Positions 17,380 to 28,622 of a DNA stretch of 41,616 nucleotides are shown piece after piece. Origin of the DNA: a virus (lineage: Duplodnaviria > Caudoviricetes); IMG/VR virus record IMGVR_UViG_3300042347_000083, positions 1-41,616 of that record; one strand, given 5' to 3'. The notes beneath the pieces were generated by a model that saw nothing but the letters and a program-made list of their open reading frames with translations, had not been told where the DNA came from and did no database searches. Every line of letters starts with the position of its first letter. Positions within the stretch are counted from its first letter, which is position 1. A program made the translations under genes and the position numbers.

Positions 17380-17655
17380 ATGGCTACTCCAGCACTATCA
17401 CAGCCCTGCTTTGTTGATTTAACTCCAGATCAGCAGAACTTTAATATCTACGAGTCTCTAAAACAGATCGCAGGATTTGATATTCCTGAATACGATCAGA
17501 TTGATATTACTTACTACGGCTCGACTAACAATATTGCCACAGTGCAGTATCTGAAAGACGGGAACCCAGTTGCAACGCTAACTCTTACCTACGCTATTCA
17601 GCCTCCAGTTGCCAACGATGCCAATCTAACAACTGTGTCTGTAGCTTACCCATAA
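17380..17655 (+). CDS. Hypothetical virion protein
   Basis: YDQIDITYYGSTNNIATVQY...VATLTLTY. Confidence 0.65.
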   Translation: MATPALSQPCFVDLTPDQQNFNIYESLKQIAGFDIPEYDQIDITYYGSTNNIATVQYLKDGNPVATLTLTYAIQPPVANDANLTTVSVAYP

Positions 17656-17658
17656 AAT

Positions 17659-19518
17659 ATGGCACTTACATTTAATCCATTTACTGGTAAACTTGATTTT
17701 ATCGGAAGTTCAGCAACCGCTGGAATTGGCGCAACAGGAGCCACTGGCCCAAGTGGTGGCCCGACAGGAGCTACGGGAGCAACGGGCGAAGCAGGCGCAA
17801 CAGGCTCTGGAAGCACTGGGGCAACTGGTTTAGTTGGCGCGACAGGTGCTACGGGATTAAGTGTAACAGGTGCTACAGGTGCAACAGGAGTTGGATCGAC
17901 TGGTGCAACGGGCGTTGCGGGTGGGCAAGGCTCTACTGGTGCTACCGGAATCGCTGGCGGACAGGGATCAACGGGGGCAACCGGAACTGCTGGCGTTAAT
18001 GGTGCTACAGGAGCTACTGGCGTAGGTGCAACCGGAGCTACGGGAGCTACAGGTTTGCAAGGTGCTACAGGTTTGACTGGTGCAGGCGGAGCTTCTGGAT
18101 ATTGGGGATCATTCTGGTCAACTCAAAATCAATCTGCTACTGCCATCAATACTGGATATCCGATTACTTACAACAATACCGATCCAGATTCTATCGGCGT
18201 ATCAATTGTTGCCAATAGTCAAATTACCTTCCAATACACCGGAGTCTATTCCATCACATTTTCTGTTCAGTGGAACAATTCAGATAACCAAATCCACGAT
18301 GCAAATATCTGGCTCAAGAAAAATGGAACGAATGTCGCTGATACCGATTCTCGGTGGAGTGTTGTAGAATCTCATGGCGGGTCTGATGGACGGGCGATTG
18401 GAACTGTAAACTATGTTTTGAAGGTTCTTGCTGGAGAATATCTGGAACTTTTCTGGCAGACTACAAATACAAATATTTCACTTGAGTATTTCGGCGCACT
18501 TGCGCCTGCACCAGCTATTCCATCTGTCATCCTTACTGCGACCCAAGTAATGTATGGTCAGCTGGGTGCGACTGGAGCCACTGGTCTTACAGGTGGTCAA
18601 GGCTCCACGGGCGCAACAGGCTTGACCGGAGGACAAGGCAGCACTGGAGCTACTGGAGTCGGAACGCAAGGCGCGACTGGCGCGACTGGTGGAACGCTTT
18701 CTCCTCAAATTAACAGATTCGTAGGCTCTGGCACATGGACAAAACCAGCAAACGCAAAGCAAGTTGTAGTTGAATGCGTTGGTGGCGGTGGCGGTGGTGG
18801 CAGAGGAATTCAAGTTGCTGCTGGAGCTTCCGTATCTGGTGGTGCTGGAGGAGGTAGTGGTGGCTTTACAAGGGTATTGGTAAATGCAGTAGATTTAACA
18901 GATGCAACATATACAGTAACAGTTGGTTCTGGGGGCATTGGAGGAACTACAGGAAACGCAACAGCAGGAACTCCGTCAAATGTAAGCGGATCAACTTTAG
19001 GTGTTTTTGTAAACGCCAACGGAGGCGGCATTGGTGGAGTTGGAGTGGCAGGAGGGGTATCAACTGCGGGTGTGCCCGGTGCGCCTGCTGGAAATATAGG
19101 AGGAGCTGGAAATATAACTGCCGCTGGAGGAAATGGATCAGGACAAAGTTACGCTCCATCGAGCGGTGGTGCTGGAGGCGGATGTTCAACAACAACTCCA
19201 TTTAACGGAGGAACGAGTGGAGCAGCGCAGTTTATTTCGGGCGGAACTGGGGTTGGCGGAATTGCCTCAACTACTGGCAATGGAGGGAATGGAGCAGTTG
19301 TTACCCCTCGCGCAATACCATCGCTCGTAATCAATGGTAGTGGAGGCGGTGGCGGTGGGGCATCTACATTTGCTGGAGCAAGTGGCGGAGCAGGAGCAAG
19401 TGCCACTGGGTTTGGTTGTGGCGGTGGCGGTGGAGGATCGGTATCTGCTGCAACAGGAACTGGTGGCAACGGAGGTAATGGCGCACCCGGAATTGTAATG
19501 ATCACAACATATTTTTAA
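17659..19518 (+). CDS. Collagen-like fibre protein with Gly-rich C-terminal domain
   Basis: Long G-A-T/G-X-T triplet runs, central beta domain, [12 protein letters not shown]...GGGGGGG Gly-rich domain. Confidence 0.8.
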   Translation: MALTFNPFTGKLDFIGSSATAGIGATGATGPSGGPTGATGATGEAGATGSGSTGATGLVGATGATGLSVTGATGATGVGSTGATGVAGGQGSTGATGIAGGQGSTGATGTAGVNGATGATGVGATGATGATGLQGATGLTGAGGASGYWGSFWSTQNQSATAINTGYPITYNNTDPDSIGVSIVANSQITFQYTGVYSITFSVQWNNSDNQIHDANIWLKKNGTNVADTDSRWSVVESHGGSDGRAIGTVNYVLKVLAGEYLELFWQTTNTNISLEYFGALAPAPAIPSVILTATQVMYGQLGATGATGLTGGQGSTGATGLTGGQGSTGATGVGTQGATGATGGTLSPQINRFVGSGTWTKPANAKQVVVECVGGGGGGGRGIQVAAGASVSGGAGGGSGGFTRVLVNAVDLTDATYTVTVGSGGIGGTTGNATAGTPSNVSGSTLGVFVNANGGGIGGVGVAGGVSTAGVPGAPAGNIGGAGNITAAGGNGSGQSYAPSSGGAGGGCSTTTPFNGGTSGAAQFISGGTGVGGIASTTGNGGNGAVVTPRAIPSLVINGSGGGGGGASTFAGASGGAGASATGFGCGGGGGGSVSAATGTGGNGGNGAPGIVMITTYF

Positions 19519-19520
19519 TT

Positions 19521-19685
19521 ATGGAAATCGACGACTGGGCAATAATTAACAAAGAAGGCAATTTCGTAGAAATGGTCATCCGCTGGGATGGCAACACCGA
19601 AACTTGGCCTTTGCCTGAAGGGACATATGCAGTTAAGCGAAAAGATTTAGATTATTCAACTATTAACGAGAAGCCAGAAGAATGA
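19521..19685 (+). CDS. Small fibre-associated protein, 54 aa
   Basis: Manual ORF MEIDDWAIINKEGNFVEMVIRWDGNTETWPLPEG... Confidence 0.6.
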   Translation: MEIDDWAIINKEGNFVEMVIRWDGNTETWPLPEGTYAVKRKDLDYSTINEKPEE

Positions 19686-19858
19686 ACGACAATACTGCTA
19701 TCAACGGAATTTTAGGAACATCTACTTCATTAGGTGGCGTTGCCATTTCTCTTTTCCCTCAAGTTGAGGCATGGGTTCGATTTAGCGGTGCTGTTGTCGG
19801 TTTGGTTGCTGGTATTCTTACTTGTATATACATGATCCAAAAGATTTCTAAACAATGA
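19682..19858 (+). CDS. Holin-like membrane protein, 58 aa
   Basis: Manual ORF MNDNTAINGILGTSTSLGGVAISLF...GAVVGLVAGILTCIYMIQKISKQ; two hydrophobic segments. Confidence 0.55.
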   Translation: MNDNTAINGILGTSTSLGGVAISLFPQVEAWVRFSGAVVGLVAGILTCIYMIQKISKQ

Positions 19859-20013
19859 ATGTAAAACAAATGGCACTCGGGTTGATCTTGATATCACTCG
19901 CCTTTCTTGCAATGGCATTCTTGACTGGATGCACAACGCTGGGAGTCTCCCTAGAAACACAATATGGTCGGTTCACATACGAACTACCAGAACCAAGAGG
20001 AACTAAAAAATGA
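19855..20013 (+). CDS. Lipoprotein, spanin candidate, 52 aa
   Basis: Manual ORF MNVKQMALGLILISLAFLAMAFLTGCTTLG...; lipobox LTGC. Confidence 0.6.
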   Translation: MNVKQMALGLILISLAFLAMAFLTGCTTLGVSLETQYGRFTYELPEPRGTKK

Positions 20014-20183
20014 AAATCGTAAATATACTATTAGAACGGCTATCAGAGAATAGCACATGGCGCGGCATCATCCTAATCGCTATGGCGGTAGGAGTGAAGC
20101 TGGAACCAGAGCTTCAAGAGTCCATCATCGTCGCGGGGCTAGGACTCGTAGGACTCATCAACGTTATCCGCAAAGGAAAATGA
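20010..20183 (+). CDS. Holin-like protein, 57 aa
   Basis: Manual ORF MKIVNILLERLSENSTWRGIILIAMAVGV...IIVAGLGLVGLINVIRKGK; two TM segments and basic tail. Confidence 0.65.
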   Translation: MKIVNILLERLSENSTWRGIILIAMAVGVKLEPELQESIIVAGLGLVGLINVIRKGK

Positions 20184-20722
20184 TTCCCCGCTCCAGACCA
20201 CAGCAGGCCAAGGAAAAGACACTCGCAATGGTAATCAAAGCGGGTATTGAAGACTTGGTTTGCTTGGTCGGGATTCGTGGATACTACCTCGATTCGATGG
20301 GAGCAAAAGGAAAGAACGACAGAGGTATCTACGACGATGCGATCATTCTTCTATCACCAAGCGTTCACGCTACGTTTAACGCTAATACTGATCCTTCAGT
20401 TTTCAAGAAAGGTATTGCTGTTCTTAAAACGGGCGTGCATCGCTATCGTAAAGGCAATCATGGTATCTCTAAACCCGGAGGTGGCTACCCAGCGTTACGA
20501 CCTTCTAACGAAAAAGAACAACTCCCTGTTACGCGAGATGGTGAAGGTGATTCGATGGGGATTGCGATAAACATCCATAAAGGAGGATATCGAACTACCA
20601 GCAGCGAGGGATGTCAGACGATCTATCCACCGCAATGGGACGGGTTCATAAATCTAGTCTACTCGGAAATGAGTAGATATAACCAAAAGACGATTCCATA
20701 TCTATTGGTGGAAAACGCTTGA
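20180..20722 (+). CDS. Putative endolysin, His/Cys peptidase-like
   Basis: INIHKGGYRTTSSEGCQTI resembles the YkuD H...S-x-G-C site; follows holins; start reassigned to ATG 20180. Confidence 0.55.
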   Translation: MIPRSRPQQAKEKTLAMVIKAGIEDLVCLVGIRGYYLDSMGAKGKNDRGIYDDAIILLSPSVHATFNANTDPSVFKKGIAVLKTGVHRYRKGNHGISKPGGGYPALRPSNEKEQLPVTRDGEGDSMGIAINIHKGGYRTTSSEGCQTIYPPQWDGFINLVYSEMSRYNQKTIPYLLVENA

Positions 20723-20735
20723 ATTAGATACTCAA

Positions 20736-20751
20736 TTATCGTAAACGATAA
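20736..20751. repeat. 16-bp palindrome, copy 8
   Basis: TTATCGTAAACGATAA, intergenic. Confidence 0.9.
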
Positions 20752-20756
20752 TCCAT

Positions 20757-21893
<1,137 letters not shown>

Positions 21894-21915
21894 AAACACT
21901 TGACAGAAACTTTAA

Positions 21916-21931
21916 CTATCGTTAACGATAA
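21916..21931. repeat. 16-bp palindrome, copy 9
   Basis: CTATCGTTAACGATAA, intergenic. Confidence 0.85.
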
Positions 21932-21935
21932 AACT

Positions 21936-22592
21936 ATGAGTTGCGGAAATTCCAGAAGTTCTAAATGCAATCCGTGTGGCCCAAGTGAGTCCGCAGTAAA
22001 TTCTATTGCGGATCGCGCAGCTTACTATGCTCGTATCGCAGTTGAAGCCGCTAATGTAGCTCAACTTGAAGATGGAGGTCATGCAAGATGGGCATATATT
22101 GGTAATGGAGTTCAGCAAATTTTTAACTTGCCGGGAGCAGGAACAACATTTTCTCCTTCTTATATTGTAGGCATTGATGGTGTTCTTCAAGACCCAGATA
22201 ACTATACAATTACTTATGGTGATCCATATACTCTTACTATGTCAGTTCCAGTTCCTGCTGGATCAGAAATTGTCATAGTATCAATTAAAGGAATAACAGG
22301 AGCTACAGGGCCAGTTGGCCCATCTGGTGGAGGAGCAACAGGAGCAACAGGGCCATTGCCACCATCTAATTTCGGTAATGCTTGGGCATACATTGGAGAT
22401 GGAATTCAAACAGTATTTGCTATTACTGGCGGATTAAGCACAATATCACTTGGATATTTAGTGCATATTGATGGAGTGTATCAAAAATCAACAAACTATA
22501 CAATCAATGCAATAACTCCAAGAGAGTTAACAATGTCATCTCCGGTTCCAGCAGGATCAGAAATAACAATTATATCAATTTCAACATTATAA
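21936..22592 (+). CDS. Fibre / adaptor protein with two repeated beta domains
   Basis: Two WAYIG(N/D)G...IDGV.Q...NYTI...PVPAGSEI repeats; start reassigned to ATG 21936. Confidence 0.7.
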   Translation: MSCGNSRSSKCNPCGPSESAVNSIADRAAYYARIAVEAANVAQLEDGGHARWAYIGNGVQQIFNLPGAGTTFSPSYIVGIDGVLQDPDNYTITYGDPYTLTMSVPVPAGSEIVIVSIKGITGATGPVGPSGGGATGATGPLPPSNFGNAWAYIGDGIQTVFAITGGLSTISLGYLVHIDGVYQKSTNYTINAITPRELTMSSPVPAGSEITIISISTL

Positions 22593-22598
22593 AAAAAT

Positions 22599-24158
22599 AT
22601 GCCACTAACTAAAGCAACACAAAATGTAGTCGAAGGAATTGTTTCGACTGGATCAACTGGAGTATCTGCTGGATCATTTCAAGTAGGACAGCAATACAAG
22701 ATTACTTCTCTCGGAACAACAACACAATCGCAATGGAATACTATTGCTGGAACCACAGGACAAACTTATGTCGTAGGTTCACTATTCACAGCAGCAACTA
22801 CTGGAGCAAGTTCTGGTAATGGCGCGGCTGCAGTAGCAAGGACATTGGCTAATAGGTTCGCTGATGTGGTAAATGTGTTGGACTTTGGAGCGGTCGGAGA
22901 TGGTGTTGCTGATGATGGCCCAGCGATTCAAGCGGCTATAAATTATGCTACAACTAAAAAAGCATCAATTTCTTTTACTGGTCAAACTTTTTTAATTAAA
23001 ACTGCTATTGAAATAAAAAGCAATGTTTCATTAATCGGAAACAATCAAACTGTATTATTTGTAGATAAATCCTGCTCAACTGGATTGAGTATTGGAGGAG
23101 GCCCAAGATGTATTTACACAAATATAAATACATCAAATGTGTTTATTTATGGAATAGTATTTCAAAGCGAAAAAGTAGGATTAACAAAAACTGTTTCTGT
23201 ATGCTTTCAAGATGTTTCTAATCTTAAAATAGAACGATGCCAATTTATTGATTTTGGAAACTCAACATATTATTCTCAAGGACTCGTTGTTTTTGGGGGA
23301 GAAAACATTTCTATTGTAAATAATACATTTAGCAATAATAGTGGAGATGGGTTTGCATTGTCTGACGGATCGCAAAATTTTGAATTTATTGGAAATACTT
23401 GTGAAAATAATTCAGATTGGGGTGCTGCTTTCACTAATTTATGTGCAAACGGAACTGTAGCAAATAATCTATTTTTGAATAATACTTCAACAGGAACAGG
23501 CGCAGATGAATGCACTAATGTTATATTTAGTGGAAATATTTCTAATTTTAATGAACATGGAATAAGAATTGCAAGATTTGGATCAACTACTGGGGATCAA
23601 AAATATTTTTCTATTGTTGGAAATATTTGCAATGGGAATCAATTTGGAATCTCATTAGAACAACTTTCAACAAATGGTCATTATTCATGTTCTGGAAATA
23701 GTATTACATTTTCTGCAAATCAAGGAATTAGAATTACAAATAGCACATTCGGGACAATTAACGGAAATCAAATATCTTCCAGCGGAGCAGAAGGAATATT
23801 ATTTAATGCAGATACAAGCAATACTGGCAATGCTGTAGTGTCTGGAAATTATATTGCTGTTTGTAATTATGGTATAAGGCAAATCCAAAGTGGAACAGGG
23901 GTTACAGAAAGAATTGTTGTATCAAGTAATGATATTGATGGTTTTACAATTCAACCAATTCAATTAACAAACGCTAATTTTATTGATTCAAATTCATCTT
24001 CATTATATACATCAACAAATAAAGTGTTCAATTTTCCATCTGGAGTATATTCTGGAACCGCAACAAGTGGAGGTGCATCCCTTCCAGCAAATCCTTGGGG
24101 ATTTATGCCGATATACCTTGGAGGGAATGAATATAAAATACCATTGTATAATGTATAA
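22599..24158 (+). CDS. Tailspike / depolymerase (right-handed beta-helix)
   Basis: VVNVLDFGAVGDGVADDGPAIQAAIN pectate-lyase-3-like start and Asn-rich beta-helix repeats. Confidence 0.8.
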   Translation: MPLTKATQNVVEGIVSTGSTGVSAGSFQVGQQYKITSLGTTTQSQWNTIAGTTGQTYVVGSLFTAATTGASSGNGAAAVARTLANRFADVVNVLDFGAVGDGVADDGPAIQAAINYATTKKASISFTGQTFLIKTAIEIKSNVSLIGNNQTVLFVDKSCSTGLSIGGGPRCIYTNINTSNVFIYGIVFQSEKVGLTKTVSVCFQDVSNLKIERCQFIDFGNSTYYSQGLVVFGGENISIVNNTFSNNSGDGFALSDGSQNFEFIGNTCENNSDWGAAFTNLCANGTVANNLFLNNTSTGTGADECTNVIFSGNISNFNEHGIRIARFGSTTGDQKYFSIVGNICNGNQFGISLEQLSTNGHYSCSGNSITFSANQGIRITNSTFGTINGNQISSSGAEGILFNADTSNTGNAVVSGNYIAVCNYGIRQIQSGTGVTERIVVSSNDIDGFTIQPIQLTNANFIDSNSSSLYTSTNKVFNFPSGVYSGTATSGGASLPANPWGFMPIYLGGNEYKIPLYNV

Positions 24159-24166
24159 TAAAAATT

Positions 24167-24919
24167 ATGAGTTACTGCACACCATGCCCACCATGCGACA
24201 CGAATTTTCCGTTGTTATGTGAACCACTTGAAACAACTGCCAATGGGAAACGATTGGTAGTAGAAGACTCCGCTGCTTGTCAGAAGACGATTCAAAGTCC
24301 AGTTGCACAACAAGTATTGAAGACTGATGGCGCTGGTAATTTGACTTGGACAAACGGAGCGAGCGGAACTGTATTGAGAAAGGATTCAACGGGTCTTGTA
24401 GAGTTTGCTACGCTTAATAGTGTCCTTCAATCTGGCCCAGTTGATCTTGGTAGCCAACCATTGACTACTACCGGAGCGGTAAGCACTGGAGCTATTACTG
24501 CAACGAGCGTGACTGCAACAGGAACAGGGTCATTTAAATCCGTATCAGTTACAAATACTGGAACTGGAAATGGAATTGCAATTCAAACAGAAAATGGAAC
24601 TTCGCTTTCAATCCAATCTACTCTTCGTGGAATATTAAAACTCATGCCAGATACTGGCGGCGAAATTGTTTATGATGGAGAGACTGATGGAGTTTTTTCT
24701 TTTAATAACATAAGCACAGCAGTAACCAAAGGAACTTGTTTTTTGGGAGCTAATTTTGGAATTGGAACAACCACTCCAGCTAAAACTCTTCATGTAAACG
24801 GAACAGTTCGTTTGCAAGGTCTTCCAACTTACGCCAACAATGCTGCTGCTATTACAGGCGGATTGGTTGCTGACGATGTTTATAAAACTGCAACTGGTGA
24901 ACTTCGTATTGTTGTATAA
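24167..24919 (+). CDS. Tail fibre-like protein
   Basis: GIGTTTPAKTLHVNG repeat unit, Thr/Gly-rich shaft, Cys-rich N-terminus. Confidence 0.65.
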   Translation: MSYCTPCPPCDTNFPLLCEPLETTANGKRLVVEDSAACQKTIQSPVAQQVLKTDGAGNLTWTNGASGTVLRKDSTGLVEFATLNSVLQSGPVDLGSQPLTTTGAVSTGAITATSVTATGTGSFKSVSVTNTGTGNGIAIQTENGTSLSIQSTLRGILKLMPDTGGEIVYDGETDGVFSFNNISTAVTKGTCFLGANFGIGTTTPAKTLHVNGTVRLQGLPTYANNAAAITGGLVADDVYKTATGELRIVV

Positions 24920-26937
24920 TGCCAGCAGAAGGATCAGTCTTTGATGGATTCACAAGTATCATCGCGCAAGACGCAGATACTCATCCATCGTATTTACCAG
25001 AGTCTGTAGTATCAGAGTCGGTAAATAGGACATTCCGAGGCGGCATTAACCGAACAAGGCCAAGCATTCGGAATATTCCGATTATGGCTGGAGATGGAGA
25101 AAGCCAGACTATCGTTAACGATATTCTTGGTGGCAGCTTCCAAGGTGCGTATCCATATCGTTCTACAAACTTGAGAACGAGCGATGGCATCCTGCTATCG
25201 GTATCTGGCATTATCTACTTTCTGAAGATCGTAAACAATCGTGCATTTGCCTACAAACTTATTGAAGGCAACGATCCGGGCATGATGCACACATGGTTCG
25301 TGCAAGCTGAAGATCGGGCGTATATCCAAAATGGCTACCAAAATGCCATAGCTTGGGACGGAGTATTGGGAACGCTGACTGCAAGTGAAATCCAAAATGG
25401 AGACTACTGCGAGATTGTTTCGCTTGGAGTTGGAACTACAACTACAGACTTCACCTTGATCGGCGCACCATCCAATACAGTTGGAGTTAAGTTCACAGCA
25501 GTCATCACAGACACTCAAAGGGGAACTGGGACAGGAACAGTTAAACTGCCTGCCTATCGACTAAACCCATACTTGGCAAAGATGCCAATTGGAACAATCA
25601 TGGAATATGCTTTCGGGCGAGTCTTTGTTTCTGACAGGTTCAACCAAATCTACGCATCTGACATCATCTATGGTGGTGGATTTACTGACACCAAGAATAC
25701 GGAGAACTTCACAGAGATTGGATACTGGGCAGAAGGTGGGGCTTTCTCGACTCCAGCCATGATGGGGAATATCACAGGGATGAAGGCGATGCCAGAGCTT
25801 GGATACAACCTTCGCGGCCAAGGTCAGCTAGTAGTCCTTACAGGAAACGGAGCATTCTCAATGGATGTCTCTCTACCAAGGTCACAATGGAACACATCGA
25901 ACATCCAGCGTATCTCACTCCTTGGGCGCGGATGCACCAGCCCTAATCTTGCATTGGTAAACTCCGAACTTTGGTTCAGATCACACGATGGTTGGGCGTT
26001 CTATTCCAATACCCAATCCGAGTTCAATAGATATTTCTCACTCCGCAAACTATCTAGGGATGTGAACAAGTGGGTATCAAATGATACTCCGTGGATGAAG
26101 CAATTCGCTTCTACTATCTTTTTCAACAACTACCTCATCAATACTGTCTCTCCACAGACCTATCGAGCAGAAGGGGTAGAGGGGCTGAATAGGTATCATC
26201 GTGGTATGGTTGTTCTTGACCTAGACCAATCCTCAACTCCCGCTCCAGACGCACAGCTTAATTTTCGCTGGAATGGTATCTGGACAGGCATCAGACCAAC
26301 TCAACTCCTGACTGCATTGATCCAAGGTGAGAAGCGCGGATTTGGATTCTCGTTTGATAAAGACAACAAGAATCGACTTTACGAGTTCACAACATCTCAA
26401 GGAGACGATTACGGGCCGAATGGAACTAGGCAGATTGAATCATTCTTCACTACTGGCAGGTATGACTTCAACCGAAGCGGGGCTACCAACAAGTTCCTCC
26501 GCAAAAAGATTACTGGTGGAGAAATGTGGATGAGTGAGATTAAGGGTGAGGTTGAAAGCGCAGTCGAGTTCCGCGCAGATAGTAACCCTTGCTGGTCAGA
26601 ACTAAAAGTGCCTACGACTTATGGGTGCGATCCATGCTCTCCTAAAGTAACTGAATGCTTTCCACAAAGGGGCGGTAATCGCTACAAACGCTACAAGTTC
26701 AACACGCCTGACCCAAGCGAGTGCAATGACTTGGCAGGCATCCCAGCGGTGGAAGGATCAGAATTCCAAATCAGAATCAACCTAACCGGAGCAGCTACAG
26801 TTGATCGAGTAAGATTGATGGCAAACATCAAGAACAACGATGACTCTCCAGTTGGTGACTGCCCAGAAGAAAATCAAGAGTGTGAACCATTTTTGTGTTG
26901 CCAAGAGAAATATTGGAACTACAATATCGTGAACTAA
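24919..26937 (+). CDS. Tail nozzle / tubular protein B-like
   Basis: 672 aa, beta-rich, propeller-like, position in the podovirus tail module. Confidence 0.55.
   Translation: MPAEGSVFDGFTSIIAQDADTHPSYLPESVVSESVNRTFRGGINRTRPSIRNIPIMAGDGESQTIVNDILGGSFQGAYPYRSTNLRTSDGILLSVSGIIYFLKIVNNRAFAYKLIEGNDPGMMHTWFVQAEDRAYIQNGYQNAIAWDGVLGTLTASEIQNGDYCEIVSLGVGTTTTDFTLIGAPSNTVGVKFTAVITDTQRGTGTGTVKLPAYRLNPYLAKMPIGTIMEYAFGRVFVSDRFNQIYASDIIYGGGFTDTKNTENFTEIGYWAEGGAFSTPAMMGNITGMKAMPELGYNLRGQGQLVVLTGNGAFSMDVSLPRSQWNTSNIQRISLLGRGCTSPNLALVNSELWFRSHDGWAFYSNTQSEFNRYFSLRKLSRDVNKWVSNDTPWMKQFASTIFFNNYLINTVSPQTYRAEGVEGLNRYHRGMVVLDLDQSSTPAPDAQLNFRWNGIWTGIRPTQLLTALIQGEKRGFGFSFDKDNKNRLYEFTTSQGDDYGPNGTRQIESFFTTGRYDFNRSGATNKFLRKKITGGEMWMSEIKGEVESAVEFRADSNPCWSELKVPTTYGCDPCSPKVTECFPQRGGNRYKRYKFNTPDPSECNDLAGIPAVEGSEFQIRINLTGAATVDRVRLMANIKNNDDSPVGDCPEENQECEPFLCCQEKYWNYNIVN
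25109..25124. repeat. 16-bp palindrome, copy 10
   Basis: CTATCGTTAACGATAT, inside the nozzle gene. Confidence 0.8.
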
Positions 26938-26940
26938 TTT

Positions 26941-27450
26941 ATGGACAATCAGTCTTCATCGCCAGCACTTACATTTCCAAATGTTCCAGATGATTTTTGT
27001 CCAACTGGTAACTGGCAGAATGTCTTCCAAGTATTCATTGATGAAGTTCTTACTAACGGAACCATCAATGTTCCGGGTCTTGGCGATGTAACTCCAGCGC
27101 AAGTTGCTCAAATCAACGAAGACCTTGCTGACCAGCAGAGTCAGATTAGCGCACTTGATACGCGAGTCGATGCTTTAGAATTAAATCCAACAATTAGGGT
27201 TAGATATAACACTGTTACTGGAATTATTACTGGAGACACGGCATCTATTGGAGTTACCTTTAGTTCTCCACTACCATCTGCTGTTTATGGTATTTCATTG
27301 ACTCCTATTTACGCTTCTGGGACTCCATTGACAACGCCGCTTTACACTATTGTTTCACAAAACACAGCAGGATTTACATTTCGCGTTGATAACAACATCG
27401 CAGAAATTACGAGCTTGAACTGGATGGCAGTTCATTCTTCGCAACCATAA
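26941..27450 (+). CDS. Tail-associated protein
   Basis: Short coiled coil followed by VTFSSPLPS...GFTFRV...LNWMAV fibre-tip-like domain. Confidence 0.6.
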   Translation: MDNQSSSPALTFPNVPDDFCPTGNWQNVFQVFIDEVLTNGTINVPGLGDVTPAQVAQINEDLADQQSQISALDTRVDALELNPTIRVRYNTVTGIITGDTASIGVTFSSPLPSAVYGISLTPIYASGTPLTTPLYTIVSQNTAGFTFRVDNNIAEITSLNWMAVHSSQP

Positions 27451-27473
27451 GCCATCACAAAGAAAATAAACAT

Positions 27474-27638
27474 ATGACACCACTAAAAGGAACCGATCCT
27501 AAACTCGTTAGCGGCGGCGCACCTACTCGCGGCATGATCCGTGAAGGTATGGGCAACATGAACCCACCTAACACTGGCAAGAACCCATACTCCAGCGCAC
27601 CGCTTCCCAAGTCTGGAAAGCCCGTTGGCTCGAAATAA
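27474..27638 (+). CDS. Small Pro/Gly-rich protein, 54 aa
   Basis: Manual ORF MTPLKGTDPKLVSGGAPTRGMIREGMGNMNPPNTGKNPYSSAPLPKSGKPVGSK. Confidence 0.6.
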   Translation: MTPLKGTDPKLVSGGAPTRGMIREGMGNMNPPNTGKNPYSSAPLPKSGKPVGSK

Positions 27639-27654
27639 TTATCGGAAACGATAA
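27639..27654. repeat. 16-bp palindrome, copy 11
   Basis: TTATCGGAAACGATAA, intergenic. Confidence 0.9.
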
Positions 27655-27659
27655 TCCCT

Positions 27660-28622
27660 ATGGCCGATACCCTCGAAGAGATGGTAGAGCTTGTGAAGGG
27701 GTTCGTCGGAGATTCAGGCACTTGTTCATACGAGCGCGGAGTCAAAGCCGTAAACCAAGCAAGGAGACTACTTTGGAATAAACGGGCATGGACTTCGCAA
27801 GAAGAGTATGTCCAGATTTGCTGTGTGAACGATTGCTTCACGCTTCCAGCCCGTTATGAGCAAATCAAACTTGCTTGGATCGGGGACAACTCTGCGAGCC
27901 TCGCTGATGAGTGGTTCAATGCGACCAACGCTTTTGCTCTTCATGCGGATCACTCATGCCATAGAGGAATCGTAGAGGTAGGAGGACTCCATGTCCTCTT
28001 CCGTGATTATACTACGCATCCATACCAAATCGGAGTAATGGCCGAGGAAGCTGAAGACATCGGCGTAGAGTTGATGTTTGAAGCGCAAGACCAGTATGAC
28101 ACCTACCACAAGGTTAAGGTAGCCACTGCCAATCCTCCAACGCTGGCAAAGTCTGATCTCCTCGTGAAAGGAATTCGGTCAGTAACCAAGCCAATTACCA
28201 AAGGTAGGATTCGTGTGTATGCCTACGATACGGCATTGGAAGCAAAGACGCTGATAGCAATCTATCAGCCGAATGATGCCAACCCAACATTCCGTCGATT
28301 CAAAGCTCCGAAGACTTGCGAGTGTATCACGCTTTACGCATCGAAGAAATACTTTGATTTGACCGACCCGAAAGAGTTGGTTGAGTTCATCCCAGATGCG
28401 ATGATCTATGCGGTTCTTGCATTGAACTCACGTGAGAATCGTAAGGCGCAAGAGTTCTTGAGTAACCTATCCCTTGCCGTTCAAGAGCAGGAGAAGGAGA
28501 TGGAGAACTTGGAGATACCAACAGCAGGGCCAATCCGCTTTGCCAACTATAGTCGGGCAGAAAACTTAATCGGGTCTGACCTACTCTCTCCTTCACCGAA
28601 CGACTACTTCTTATATCGATGA
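27660..28622 (+). CDS. Head-tail adaptor / tubular protein A-like
   Basis: Size, helical termini and synteny only. Confidence 0.45.
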   Translation: MADTLEEMVELVKGFVGDSGTCSYERGVKAVNQARRLLWNKRAWTSQEEYVQICCVNDCFTLPARYEQIKLAWIGDNSASLADEWFNATNAFALHADHSCHRGIVEVGGLHVLFRDYTTHPYQIGVMAEEAEDIGVELMFEAQDQYDTYHKVKVATANPPTLAKSDLLVKGIRSVTKPITKGRIRVYAYDTALEAKTLIAIYQPNDANPTFRRFKAPKTCECITLYASKKYFDLTDPKELVEFIPDAMIYAVLALNSRENRKAQEFLSNLSLAVQEQEKEMENLEIPTAGPIRFANYSRAENLIGSDLLSPSPNDYFLYR

